Shown here: one piece after another, positions 1-12,884 of the stretch | How positions within the stretch are numbered: position 1 is the stretch's first letter | How the letters are laid out: every line of letters begins with the position of its first letter | From: Mobula hypostoma | Taxonomy: Eukaryota | Length of the DNA: 64,000 bases | Direction: 5' to 3' | Assembly: GCF_963921235.1 (NCBI RefSeq) | Contig: NC_086108.1 | Location: forward strand, 22,692,001 to 22,756,000 | Notes under the pieces: model-generated | Told to the model about the DNA's origin: nothing | Seen by the model: the letters and a program-made list of their open reading frames with translations, nothing else | Databases searched by the model: none | Position numbers and translations under genes: made by a program

Positions 1-210
1 TTGCAGCAGCATCACAGGCACATAGCATCATAAAAGCAGCGTTCACAGAAAAACCATAAATTATACACCTTTTTTAACAAAAGGGAACACAATTAGAACA
101 AAAAAGTCCATTTTAGTACAAAGTGATCAAAATGGTCACGGCGTTACTTAATTTTTCGTCATTAGGTTGCACCAGTTAGCTCAAGTACTAAATGGTTGAA
201 GAGAAGTAGC
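1..210 (-). mobile_element. Rex/Babar-type LINE 3' end fragment
   Basis: Resembles the Rex-type 3' UTR segments at ~39160-39350 and 39726-39800. Confidence 0.5.
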
Positions 211-629
211 TGTCATCATCTGTCAGTTTTGTTATCTTCTCTGGTTTATCTTTAACCAGCATTCCTGCTTGTCCACTTAACAGTTTCACCAGCCATGCAA
301 GCATTTCCATGCCTCCCAAGAAACACCAACTCCTTCGCTATCCCCCATGGGGCTACTCTGATCACTCATCATTCCTGACCAAGCCCACTTTCTGGGTTCC
401 ATTCCTACACCTACACGTTGTTTCTCCTCAACTTTGCTTTCTCCAGAGCTTTACTCCCATGGGAGGCAGCCAAATCTGTGAATCAGTTTTGTTTGAAATG
501 GGGATTCTGGGGTAAACTCCACGGTACTTATTAATGCAATGGTCCTGCCTATCCTACCACCAAACAGAATTTCCCTCCCAGTAAATTTCAGAGCATACTC
601 TTTGGGTTATCTCATTTTTCTATTTGTTC

Positions 630-1100
630 AAGGATCTGGGCTTCACATGCTAAGCCAATATTTAATTGCCCATCCCTAATTACCCTTGAGAAGGTGATGG
701 TGAGCTGCCTTCTTGAACTGCTGCATCCTGGATATGTGGATATACCAACTATGCTCTTTGAGGGGAGTGGGGGGGGGGGTGGTGTGGTGAGAGTATGGGA
801 AGACCCAGGATTTTGATCCAGTTGTCACTGTCCAGTTGTGAAGAAACAGCAATATGATGTGTGATTTGGAGGACAACTTTCAGGTAGTGGAGTTGTGGAG
901 TTCCTGTGCTTTTTGCTGCCCTTGTCTTTCCAGCTGACAGAGGTCATGGGTTTTGGTAGGTGTTGTCAAAGACGTCTTGGTGAATAGTTGTAGACAGTGC
1001 AAACTGCTGTTATTGTGTTTTGGTGTTGGAGTGAGTGAGTGGTTGTGGATGGGTTGCCTATCAAGCAGGCTTCTATCTCCTGTATGGTGCTGAGCTTGGA
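630..1100 (-). mobile_element. Degenerate CR1/L2-clade LINE 3' fragment
   Basis: Minus strand encodes QQFKKAAHHHLLKGN*, followed by a short 3' UTR. Related sequence at ~5890-6060 and 63330-63850. Confidence 0.6.
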
Positions 1101-2061
1101 GGTGCTATGAAGCAAACCTTTTCTGAGCACTTGTGTTTGTGTGTACTCTCAGTGTGCTAGCAACTATAAAATGCAATCATTTGTATTATTTGTGCTCTTT
1201 ATTTCCTCCCCTTTGAATATCCAGATCCCCTAATGATCCATGTTTAGAACTTGAAGTCTTTGCATATTATTTTCCAGGTGGCTTGATAACAGAGAGGTCA
1301 GGTTTGGATGTCTTTTGATGGCGTTTTACATAAAATTTTCATACATTTTTACTTCAAATTTCAGAGAGAGAGGCTCCTTCAGACTTGTTACTCTTGCTTC
1401 ACTTGCTTGCATTTCAACATTAAAGTGATGATTTGCTTCCTGAACTCTGTTAACTGTGTTATTGAGTAAGGAAAACAAATATTCAGATCAAAATCATTGC
1501 AGGTTTCTCACTTTCAATATTTCATATTTCTCTGAAACTGTGAAGAAGACGTTTCAGCTCATTGAAGTTGTCATATTGGAGAGTAATCCCATTCCTTGCT
1601 AATTTTCCCTTCACCTATTCTTTCCACATTTCTAATAGGGACTGAGGTTAAAGCCATAAGACCTTTTATGTCAATCACTCTTCTGTGACATGCAATTGTA
1701 GCTCAAATCCTCCTTTGTACTTCTAAATTCTATGAGACCCATTACCTCGCAAGGTGGTCTGCCCTCCTCACACAGTAGAAAACTGTTTCTTTGCAAGATC
1801 AGATGAATCATTCTGTTTTGAATTTGGTGCTTGTTTTAATTTATAATGATTTATAACTTGTTTATAAATCACAGTGGGGGATGAGTTTTAGACGAAGAGA
1901 GAAGGCACTGATCACAACTTGAGATCAGACTACGCAGGCTGGAAATTTGTGATTCAGATCAGCAGCTTGTAGAATTCGTCTTTCTTCCCAGAAAAAATAG
2001 TATTTCTCTGGAAAATGGGGATTTCATATGCCAAGTTGCTGTTTATAGTTAAATGTTGCAG

Positions 2062-3203
2062 ATCAACATTTAACACCATCACTCTCCAGAAACTGGTGGG
2101 GAAACTGCCCTCGCTGGATCTCAGCATCCTCCTCTGTAACTGGATCCTTAATAGAAAGCCCACAGTTAGTCCATGTGGGCAGCAATGCCTCTAGTCCTAT
2201 TACACTGAGTGCTGGAGCTGCCCGGGGCTGTGTGCTCAGCCCACTGCTGTTCACGCTGCTGACACATGACTGTGTCACAGGACTCAGCTCAAACCGTGTC
2301 ATCAGTTTGTGGGTGACACATCAGTGGTTGGCCTTATCAACAATGATGATGGGACAGAGTACAGAGAGGAAGTGGAGTGACTGGTGGACTGGTGTGAGAA
2401 GAACAACCTAAGTCTGAATGTGGAGAAGCCCAAGGAGATGGCTGGACTTTAGGAACATGCAGATGAACCATTCTCCCTCCCCTCCTGTGCATACATGACT
2501 CCTCTGTAGAGAGAGTTAAGTGCACCAAATTCCTGGGAGTTCACATCATGGATGACATCACCTGGTCCCTCAATGTCACCTCCCTGAATAAGAAGCCACA
2601 GCAGCGCCTCCACTTCCTGAGGAGATTGATGGAAGTGAGGCTCCTCCCTCCCCACACATCTTAACTGAATTTTACAGGAGCACCATTGAGAGCATCCTGA
2701 CAAGTTGCATCTCCATCTGGTACGGGAGCAGTAGAGCATCAGATTGGAAGTCCCAACAAAGGACTGTGAGAATGGCTGAGAGGATCGTAGGGGTCTCCCT
2801 ACCATCCATCGGAGACATTTATCAGGAGCATTGTGTGGGCAGGGCCCTTAGCATTATCAAGGATCCCACCCATTCATCAGGCATCCTCTGACTTTCTACC
2901 ATCAGACAGAATACTCTAATGCATAAAAACAAGAACGGTCAGGATGGGAATCAGCTTCTTCCTTCAGACCATTAAGCTCTGTGCCGCATCACATTCGATG
3001 TGTCACTGGTTAATTTGTACTGTACCTTACAATACTTAATTTATGTACTTTACTTTGTTTACCTATGTGGAATTCATTTGTAGATTTTAACCTTACTTTC
3101 CTAAGTTATTGTGTGTTATATGTCCCACTGCCCTACAACCTGGACAGGAGAAACATTTGATGGTATGCATGTATATAGTGAAATGACAATAAACTTGACT
3201 TGA
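2062..3203 (+). mobile_element. 5'-truncated Rex1/Babar-type LINE (RT remnant)
   Basis: GAARGCVLSPLLFTLLTHDC RT motif with stops and frameshifts; ends aataaacttgacttga. Confidence 0.85.
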
Positions 3204-6066
3204 TTAACACAATAGAGCAAAGTGTTGGCATGCACACAGTGGGTCTAGTAGCTTAATAATGAATATTTCTGCAGCCCTGCTTTCCCAAATACTAAGATAG
3301 ATCCTTTTCTACTAAACCAGTTACCTGGTTTGAACCTTGGTAAGAAGTGAAAGCATTGAATTCAGTTTTAAAGATGCTGGTGACTCATAAAGATGCCCAA
3401 AGAATGAAATTTTAATGTCCACAGTCCATAGCAGCTGCTCGACAACTTCAAGCCATATTATTTTATTTAAATAACTACAATTTACCTTTGAAATCGAGTC
3501 AACAGGGTATATCTAGCCCTTTTCAGTACAAACTAAGGAAACATGCATGGCCATGGTGACGTTTGGAACTCTCAGCCTGAGTCCCTGTACATTAGAGTCT
3601 GTAAAGAATATATCATTCACAAGAATATTTCACCCACGTTCTTGTATCTCGTTGATCCACGTGGTTTGGTTCATTCATTTCCAATTTACTCTTTCGTCTT
3701 CTCATTTACAAGCTCAGCCTAGTAACAGGTAGTTAGTTGGAGAGTCCTGACACAGTTCTGCCCTCTAACCAAGCACTTGTCTGGGATGCTTGGTCTTGCT
3801 CAGTTTTTCCCTCCAACCTTCCTCTTGATCTGTGGTGTTTGGGGAAGACATACTCTTGGCTTGACATGCTGGTTCAGGGCAAAGTTGACAAGATGTTGAT
3901 GGGAATGAAGGGTAGGTGGGTGGCAGGCAGGAGAGGTGTTCCATGGTACAGGATGTGTGAGAAATATTGAGTGTCAGCTGACTAAGCTATAAGCTGCCTC
4001 TATGCAACAATCTCTGGTACCTCTGTTGGCTTCATTGCATGACTGAAAGCCATTTTGTCCTCTCCTGTTGTTTTTGGATGCTAGACACTTCACAGGAAGG
4101 AATCGGACCCCTTTACCATCAGCATGGATGACTCTTCACAGACTATTTCTTCCATCACCAAGATTTTGAAGAAAAAAATGGAGACCACAGCATTTGCTTA
4201 AATACAGTGCTCATGAATTTTCTGCAGGATTGCTGAAGGCGGCACTGTGTGTATTTAAAATCATCCTCCTCGAGATCAGGCCAGTCTGGAGGGTTGCCAG
4301 TTCCAGTTAAACCAGTCACTTCTTTCAGTCTCAAGGGAAACATAATTGAGCTATCAAACACTTTGTAAAGCTGCAAAATACAGGGTAGCACCTGGTTACT
4401 GTGCGGATTATAAATCCACTTAGCAAATTCCATCAGTTGCAGCCCTTTGTCGCCTCTACCCGTCGTGTCCCAACTCCTGTCATTATTTCAGTGATCTCAT
4501 CCTCCAAGTGCCCAGCATTGCCACTCACCTGGAATTACCTATTAATTGCCAGCTTTTGCATGATCCCTTCATTTCACCTCTTTATACTGGCTCTTTCCAC
4601 TCTAGTTTTTCAGTTCCGATGATAGGTCTTGACCCAAAATGTCTCTGACCATTTCCCTCACAAATGCTGTCTAACCCCTGAGTTGCTCCTAATTCTCTCA
4701 TCAGCAGTCTCTTTGTCTCCACTTCTTACCCTGGGGAAAGCACAATCTCTCATAGTTGGCTCAACAGAGCTGGTTATACTACAGAGTCAATAGAATGCAG
4801 AAACACGACCTTCTACCCACTATTTCCATACTGACCATCAAATACCATCTTTAGTAATGTCTTTTACCAGCACTTGCATGCCTTGATGATTCAAGTGCTC
4901 ACTGAAGTTCTTATTAAATGTGAGTGTCTCTGCCTCCATCATTATCTTCGACACCGTGTTCCAGATTCCAACCACACTCCAGGTGAAGCAGTAGATCATC
5001 TACATCTCTTACTCCTCACTCTAAACCTGCCAAATCTGCTGCAGGGATAGTCAAAAGCTGAGGTGAGTATGGGGAGTGGGTGTGTGCTAATTACTCTGTG
5101 TGGATTGGGGGACAACGATGGGCATCTTGTCATAGTGTCCGAGTGTGAGGTGTGCTTGGATGCACCTGACCTCCAGGGTCTTGTTACTGTGCCCCACCAC
5201 TGGCCTTCTAAGGCATACAATCTCACCACAGATTGGGAAAAGATGAGGATCAAAGTCAGAGTTGGGTTGATCGTCATCTGCACAGGTGCAATGAAAAACT
5301 TGCTTGCTACAGCATTGCATTATCAGACAATTTTCATTCAGGCCCCTTTTCCAATGTGGCATGATTGTAGCTCATAAGCAAAACTGTTAGAGAAAGAATA
5401 AAGTAAACTCACATTGTTTTACTCATGTTCTGATAATTTTTCTCTGCTGTCTGTATGGAGAGTGTCCTGGGGCCATCCTTCAGGACCACCCATGCAGCAG
5501 AGTGGCTGTCCGTGATTAGGGAAGGAGGATGGAGGTGTCTGGACCCACCTCTTCAAAATGTTGGCTGATATTGGTGTGATTTCCAACCTACCCCACCCCC
5601 ATATTACCTATTAGCTGGTAAACTACCTCATAAACTCAGCTAACCTTAGTCTAAGTGGGTGGTAGATTCTGGGCTAAATTGTTGGGAATGCAGGGAGAAT
5701 AAAATAGAATTGGTGTTAGTGGATGCTTGATGATGGGTATGGACGATGGGCTGAAAGCCCACTTTCCATTCTGTATGTTTTACTGGATTTGGCATCACCA
5801 AAACTAAATTAGGACCAAAACACAATAGTAGTTCAAGAGGCTGCAAGGAGTTATAGTGCTTTATATCTTTGTTAAACACAACTCATTCTTGGGGTAAGGT
5901 GTCAGTGGAAGAAAGTCATCTATTGTCTATCCCTTGCCGACCTTTGTAGTGGTGAGCCAATGCAGTGTGGACATGTCCACCACCTTAAAGCACTGCAGTG
6001 GATGTGGTTAATGTCCTTCTTTTATATGGCGAGTGTCAACATTTTGACCCAGTGATGGTGAAGGAA

Positions 6067-6350
6067 CACACACAGAAAGCTGGAGGAACTCAGAAGGTCA
6101 CACAACATATATCGAGGGGAATAAACAGTTGATGTTTTGTGCTGAGACCCTTCATCAGGTCCTCATTCTGTCCTGAAGAAGAGTCTCAATCCAAAATGTT
6201 GACTGTTTATTCCCAGTCCTGATTAAGGGCCTCAGTCAGAAATCTCCACTGTTTATTCCCCTCCAAAGATGCTGCTTGATTTGCTGAGTTCCTCCAGAAT
6301 TTTGTGTGTATTCCTTAAGATTTCCAACATCTGCAGAATCTCTTGTGTCA
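6067..6350. mobile_element. Penelope-type pseudo-LTR element in inverted arrangement with degenerate hammerhead motifs
   Basis: Left and right arms are inverted copies. 12-bp TSD ATGGTGAAGGAA at 6055-6066 and 6351-6362. Confidence 0.75.
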
Positions 6351-6500
6351 ATGGTGAAGGAATGCTGTCAGTTCTCCAGATCTGAGTGGTGTATGACTTG
6401 AAAGGATACTTAAAATTTACAGGACTCGTGCTGGTCCTGCCCTCCCAAAGCCAATAGCCATCAATGCTTTGTCACATGCCTTATTGGATTGATTACTTTT

Positions 6501-7350
6501 ACCACCCTCCCCGCATCACCATCAGTGAGATAGAGCTGAAGACAGTCCACCAGTTCAACTACCTGGGGTGCACCATCTCGGCAGATGCCAAGGTCGACAA
6601 AGAGATTGACAACAGACTGGCAAAGGCAAACAGCGCATTCGGCAGGCTGTACAAAAGAGTCTGGAACAACAAGCATTTGAAGAAAGGCACAAAGATCACC
6701 GTGTACAGAGCCGTTGTACTGACCACCCTCCTGTACGGCTCCGAGTCGTGGGTCACCTACCGTCACTACCTATGACTCCTTGGGCGTTTCTACCAGTGCT
6801 TCCTCTGCACCATCCTCAGCATCCACTGGAGTGACTTCGTCACCAACATCAAAGTCCTCGAACAGGCGGAGGTCACCAGCATCGAGGCCATGCTGTTGAA
6901 GATGCAGCTGTGCTGGGCAGGGCACATCTCCAGGATGGAGGATCATCGCCTGCCCAAGATTGTGCTGTATGGCGAACTCCCCGCTTGCCACCGTGACAGA
7001 GGGGCACCGAAGAAGCGGTACAAGGACTCTCTGAAGAGATCCCTTGGTGCCTGTCACATTGACCATCGCCAGTGGTCTAATCTAGCGTCTGACCGCGAGG
7101 CCTGGTGACACACCATTTACCAGTCTGTCTCCTCCTTCGAGAACGCACACAGGGCTGGCATTGAGGACAAAAGGAGAAAGAGGAAGAACCGTGACACAGC
7201 AGCACCAAACCCAGAACAGAATTTCCCTTGCAGCCGCAGTGATCGGACCTGCCTGTCCCGTATTGGCCTCGTCAGCCACCAGCGAGCCTGCAGCAGACGT
7301 GGGCAGCCCCTTTCTAAATCTTCATTCGTGATGCCAAGCCATGATGATGA
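6501..7350 (+). mobile_element. 5'-truncated RTE-clade LINE
   Basis: FNYLGCTIS, VYRAVVLTTLLYGSESW, WAGHISRMEDHRLPKIVLYGEL, a C-terminal zinc-finger-like remnant (CLSRIGLVSHQRAC) and a (GAT)n tail at 7341-7350. Confidence 0.92.
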
Positions 7351-7407
7351 CTTTGGACATCAAATGGTTCCAACTGAATTCATTAAATGCTTCTGGTTAA
7401 TAAAATG

Positions 7408-8170
7408 TAATCAGAATCAGGTTTGATATCACTGGCATATGGCATAAAATTTGTTGTTTTGGGGCACCAGTGCATTGCAATACATAATAATATAAAAAAC
7501 CTAAAAATTACAATAAAATATATAAAAAATTAAATTAAATAGTGCAAAAAGAGAGCAAAAAAAGCAGTGAGGTAGTGTTCATGGGTTCGTTGTCCATTCA
7601 GAAATATGATGGCAGAGAGGAAGAAGCTGTCCTGAAACTGAGTGTGTATTTTCAGGCTCCTGTACCTCCTCCTCAATGGTGGCAAAGAGAAGAGGTGATG
7701 GGAGTCCTTAATGATGGATGCTACTTTCTTGCGGTTTCACTTTTTGAAGATGTCTTTGATGCTGGGAAAGTTGGTGCCCATGATGGAGCTGGCTGAATAT
7801 ACAACTTTCTGTAACTTTTTTTCTGACTGTTCAGTGGCCTCTCCATACCTAAAGGTGATGCAGCCATCTCTAATGCTGTCCACGGTACACCTGTAGAAAT
7901 TTATGAGTGTCTTTGGTGACATACCAATTCTCAAACTCCTGATGAAATATAGCACCTCTCATGCCTTCTTTGTAATTGCATCAATGTGTTGGACCCAAGG
8001 ATAGATCTTCAGAGATGTTGACACCCAGAAACTTGAAACTTCCCATGCTTTCCACTGTTGATCCCTTGGTGAGGACTGGTGTGTATTCCTTTGACTTCCC
8101 CTTCCTGAATTCCATAATCAATTCCTTGGTCTTTCTGACATTGAGTGCAAGTTTGTTATGTCACCACTCA
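7408..8170 (-). mobile_element. Rex/Babar-type LINE 3' part
   Basis: LINFYRCTVDSIRDGCIT...KKLQKVV on the minus strand; ctgattctgatt-type tail. Confidence 0.85.
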
Positions 8171-9344
8171 CCAATTGATCTATCTCTCACTCCTAGCCTC
8201 CTCATCACCATATATAATATACCATAAATATATGAAATTTGCATTTAGAAACTTGACAGGCTATTGACATGTGATTTATAATCAAGGAGGTTTAGTATTG
8301 CAAAGGACACCTTGCTTCATTGCAGTTGCCACACAGATTTGCTATGATTGTATTCCTGAAATCCTGTTCATTTATCGTTTTGAAAACTGGTGAATACTGA
8401 CCTACTTCTCCCTCTCTACAAAGCTCAGATGTTGCTGTTTTTATATGTTCAGTGAGGAAGAACTGGAAGGGAAAGTCATCACGGAGCGTAGACTAGTCCA
8501 GTTGTCCAGGAGAAAGTGGCTGATGAGAGGGAGAATCAGAGCAGGTCAGTGATTCAGTTCATGGAACAGATGAGAATTTGGTGGAACAGAGGGAGAAAGA
8601 AGAGAAATTTGCTTGGGGATGGAATAAAAGTAAAGAGAAAGAAGGGGAAGAAGCTGGTGAAATGAACTATAGCAAGAGGAAGATGGTTGGTAGTCAGATA
8701 GTGCAATCATTGCATTCCTTTTCTGGTGATTTACCTGGCAGTGGACTCAGATGCCATTGGGCCTTATCAGAGGTGAGATGATCTGAGGCAAATTGGTAGT
8801 ATCTGCTTTGACCACAAAGGCCAGCTTTGCTTTCCTCAGCTAGAGCCAACGCACATGTTGAGGCTTTTGAAGCAGCAACTGCTCACTATAATAAATTCCA
8901 CTTTGAAAGAGACTTTGGGGTCTCATCCTTGATATGTTAAAATCTCTTCAAAGACAAGAGAGAATTTGACTACCAGATGGAAGCATTCCAAATCCATTGC
9001 ATGAACCTTGTCAGGTGATAAAACTGATCCAGGTGATGTGCTGAAGAACAGAACATTGTAAGTGGGCATTGGGAATAATGTAATAAGAAGCCACCCTCAT
9101 CCCGTCACAGGGAGCATTCTGTTAACTTACCATGACCAGTAATTAATTGTAACTTCAATCCTTGCATAGTTTGAAACCCATTGATAATGCAAGAGTGTTT
9201 TACTAAATTATCACTTCACTCATGTGGCAAAAGCTTACACAGCTTGTGTTGAAGTCTAGATACTTCTGAAAGAGTAAAGATATTGCCTAATCTTTGTCAA
9301 TGTAACAGACAGATCAGATCACAGTGAGGTTGTTGAGGACGCAA

Positions 9345-9440
9345 GCACTCTGAAGGGTCTCGGCCTGAAACGTCAACTGCGCCTCTTCCTATAGATGCTG
9401 CTTGGCCTGCTGCGTTCACCAGCAACTTTGATGTATGTTG
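9345..9440 (+). mobile_element. Penelope-type pseudo-LTR fragment (truncated hammerhead core)
   Basis: tgaagggtctcggcctgaaacgtcaactg...gatgctgcttggcctgctgcgttcaccagcaac; closely matches 35431-35568 in the opposite orientation. Confidence 0.7.
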
Positions 9441-10436
9441 TTGTCCACTCTTTAAGTGCTAAGTATCACAGATTCCTTTCCTCACCACCAATACCTTTAA
9501 CCCCACAGGATCTCTAACCCAGCAATGTAACTTCTTCAATTTTTATATGTCCATCTCTAATTTTTGGCTAGTTGCAGGAAAGGCCTGGATGGCATTCCAC
9601 CAGCCTGCTTCTGTTTAGGAACATATTCAATACCAAACAGAGATGTTCATGCTGTTAGTCAAGACAAGGTAAAATCCTGGGCCAAGAGTAAGTCCATATA
9701 CCAATTCATTATGCCTTTCTGTTATCTGCTCCAACCCAGCACAGTAGTTGATTCCATTATTCAAATGTTCATTCATAGCCAGTCATAGGTTCAGGGAGGA
9801 CAGATGGAGTTGACATAGCTTTTAAATCAAAAGGAGGAGGTGTTTTTAGAAGTTAGTTATTGAATAAAGTTCTTCGAGATACCAGTATTGTGTATTGCCC
9901 CCATCGTCCAGAACTGCCATCAGTTTTGCAGGTTAAATCTGTTGCTTATTTTATAACTTCCAAGACAGCAAAGGCACCTCACATTCATTGTTAAAAAGTA
10001 CCATGCACACAAGTATTTTTGCTTTGGGAGTTACTGACATCAGAAAGGGGTGGAATTTAAGCAAATGGCACACTGGTGGGAAGGCAAGTGTAGTGATTAG
10101 CAGGAGGTGTGAATTTACATAGATAGGATTATCAGTTTCATGTGAACATACCACCCAGACCCACTAATAGATCAGGCCACACTCAGGTGATTAGACCACG
10201 GAAAAGGAAGAACCTGATAAAAAGAATCCTGTGTATCGTGATCTGAAGGGCATTAATGCTCCCAAGTATTCTGACTTTTAGTATGGGCAATCTCCTTTGT
10301 TGTCTGGGAATAGATTGTGGTGAATACCTTTTATTAACACCTCATATCTGAAGCCCTGCCTTTCTCAAAATTCTTTTCTTTTGTCTTCCCACTGCTGAAT
10401 CCTAAACAACTGTTAGGCTTTAATATTTGTGTTTTG

Positions 10437-11185
10437 GAATCATGGAGCCATACAGCAGAGATACAGACCCCTCAACTGAATCAGTCTCTGTTGACCACAA
10501 TGTCTGCCCAGCTGGCCCTAATTTCATGCATATCTCTCTGAGCCCTACCCCTTCAAGTACTTCTTAAATGATACTATTGTACCTACATCAACCATTTCCT
10601 CTGCCAACTCGTTCCATATGCTCAGCACCCTCTGCGTGGAAAAAGTTGCCCCTTAGATCCCTTTTAAATCTTTCCTCTTTCACACCACACCTATGCCCCC
10701 ATGTGTTAGACTCCTCTAACCTAGGGAAAAGACTGTTACCATTCACCAGATCTAGGCCGCTCATAATTTTAAACATTTCTATAAGCTCACCTGTCATTCT
10801 CCAAGGTTCCAAGGAATAAAGATCTAGTCTGGCCAACCTGGCCTTACAACCAAGCCCTCTGGTCCTGGCAACATCCCGTACATTCTTTCTGCACCCTAGT
10901 TTATTCTATTCTAGTTTAACCACATCTTTCATGTAACAGGGTAACTAAAATGGTACTGTACATGATACTTTATGTGTAGCCTCACCAATGACTTGTACTA
11001 CTGAAACATAATGTCCCAACTCCTATAGTGTCCTGCAGACACAAGGCACCTTTCCTCACAGCTCTGTCTACCTGTGATGCCACTTTAAACTAACTTTCCA
11101 CTTGTACTCCTAGATCCCTCTGTTCCACTACATTCCTAGTGCCTTTGTATTCATAGTGTAAGTCCTATACAGATTTGACTTTCAG
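10437..11185 (-). mobile_element. CR1 LINE 3' fragment
   Basis: RLDLYSLEPWRMTGELIEMFKIMSGLD, the CR1 ORF2 C-terminal motif. Confidence 0.85.
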
Positions 11186-12414
11186 GGCTATTATGACTTC
11201 ATCCGCTTCCTAGATATCTAACAACCCCCCTCAGTTATCCCCTGAATCTCTCCCAGTTGTAAACCCAGGCAGAGTGCCAGCAGTTCAGCTAACAGGAGAC
11301 AGGGAGACAGCAGTCACCACCACCCACCACCTTCCCTGAGAGTGTTTCCTCTCCAGAAATTCCTACACAGGAGGGTGGTTATCCTTCTCACCCACTTGCA
11401 CTCACCATCCATGATCTCAAGTCTTCAAACACATAATGCTAAATGTTTCATCACTTTATGTACTATCACAAACTATCTCAAAATAGCAACTCCTCCCCCT
11501 TCTGAATCTCCTATAGTTCAGTAACCAATTAATAAATTTGTTCAAAACAAGATAAATAAAAATGTTGTTAACATTGTGATTTTCTATCTTGGTTTTTAGA
11601 TGATTAAGTTTTAATTCCTACAGTGGTCAAGGCCATGTTAAATTGTTGGCAAACCTACTCTCTGCAATTAAGATCAGGTCACCTGGCTGAGATCAAATGC
11701 CTCAACACAAATGTGGGAATTAACCCTTGGTCTACAGGATTCAGTGTTGCTTCATGCCAAAGTGTGGGTCAGGTGAGAAGAAAAACAAGGCAAACTGAGT
11801 AAGATTGGAAAGACTACAGAGTTGGTCACTGCGACCGGCATGACGCTGGCTGCTGGCAACGTTCACTGGCTGGGATGAGTGGAATGTATCAATCAGATGA
11901 TCCTAGAAGTGCAGTGTGGTTAACATTGTGAATTACTGCTTGTGTAGATTGGACGCAGAATGTAACCCATACTCCTATGCATTGATTTTAGTGGGCTGAA
12001 TTAACAGGTAAAAAAGTGCCATTTTCTGTTTCAAATGCTTAAATTCCATTCCACTTTGTTAATTCCATTTCCAAACATCATGTCTTTTACCTCTGAAAAA
12101 TCGAGGACTGATTTGCTTTCTCCTTTTGTTGGAAGTTCTTGCACAAAGTTCATGAAAACACATGCAAGATTCCCAAGATTGAAGCAAAGAGTAGTTTGAT
12201 CTCTTGTTATCTCAGAGGAAAGAAACCAGGTGCCCAGATTGCATTCCTGAAGGACAGACGCTCGCCTCTATTCACTGACAATTGGGAAAGGTATAATTCC
12301 TTTATTGCAATCTTTATTTTCCCTTTCCTGGCATTGGAAAAATAGTGCCATCTCCTCTCACTCCCCACCCCCCTATCCCCGCCACCGCCCTACCCCATGC
12401 CCCCAGCCCAGAGT

Positions 12415-12780
12415 TCACACCTCGGTGCTTATCGCCCTGACGCTTGCAAGTGTCTCCCGCACCGTGTTCTGGTGGCTCACCGGGAAACCCTGGAGCGAGG
12501 ACATTTTGAAGGGTGGCCCCGGCTCCTTGTAGCGGGCCGGGATGTAGGAGACGCGTTCGCCTCCGTTGCGCATCTCCTCGGCGGTCCGGATGTAAAAGGG
12601 GGAGCAGTCAGGGCATGAACCCCTCGCGGCCTCCTGGCTCGCCTCCACTGGCGCGGGCAGCTGAGTGAGCAATCCGTCCACGGAGTGTGCGTTGCAGGTG
12701 TTGCAAGCAAAGCGCGGGTGAGAGTACAAATCTGAGACTTCCTCCTCATCGTCTGATTCGTCCTTCTTGCAACAATAATA
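12415..12780 (-). CDS. FAM163A: FAM163A terminal coding exon
   Basis: Strong acceptor (ctctctccttttctttttcttctctccgccag|) in phase 0 with exon 1. Translates YYCCKKDESDDEEEVSDLYSHPRFACNTC...CPDCSPFYIRTAEEMRNGGERVSYIPARYKEPGPP...RAISTEV*. SPFYIRTA, YKExGPP and RAISTxV match FAM163A rather than FAM163B. Confidence 0.94.
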   Translation of the reverse strand, partial: YYCCKKDESDDEEEVSDLYSHPRFACNTCNAHSVDGLLTQLPAPVEASQEAARGSCPDCSPFYIRTAEEMRNGGERVSYIPARYKEPGPPFKMSSLQGFPVSHQNTVRETLASVRAISTEV

Positions 12781-12884
12781 CTGGCGGAGAGAAGAAAAAG
12801 AAAAGGAGAGAGGACTCAGAATCTAGAAGCAAACCAACAGAGTTTGCAAAATCAGGGAGAGTATATGTCAGCACCCTTAGCAGC

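Noticed and set aside
3486..4155. Possible TGA-readthrough (selenoprotein) or pseudogene exon on the minus strand
   Set aside because: The frames I read contain TAG/TAA as well as TGA stops, and I recognise no homology.
8453..8544. Plus-strand exon-like segment EEELEGKVITERR with AG/GT sites
   Set aside because: No recognisable homology and no supported partner exons.
12415..12507. Start of a separate gene at MSSLQGF from a CpG-island promoter
   Set aside because: It is internal to the FAM163A terminal exon.
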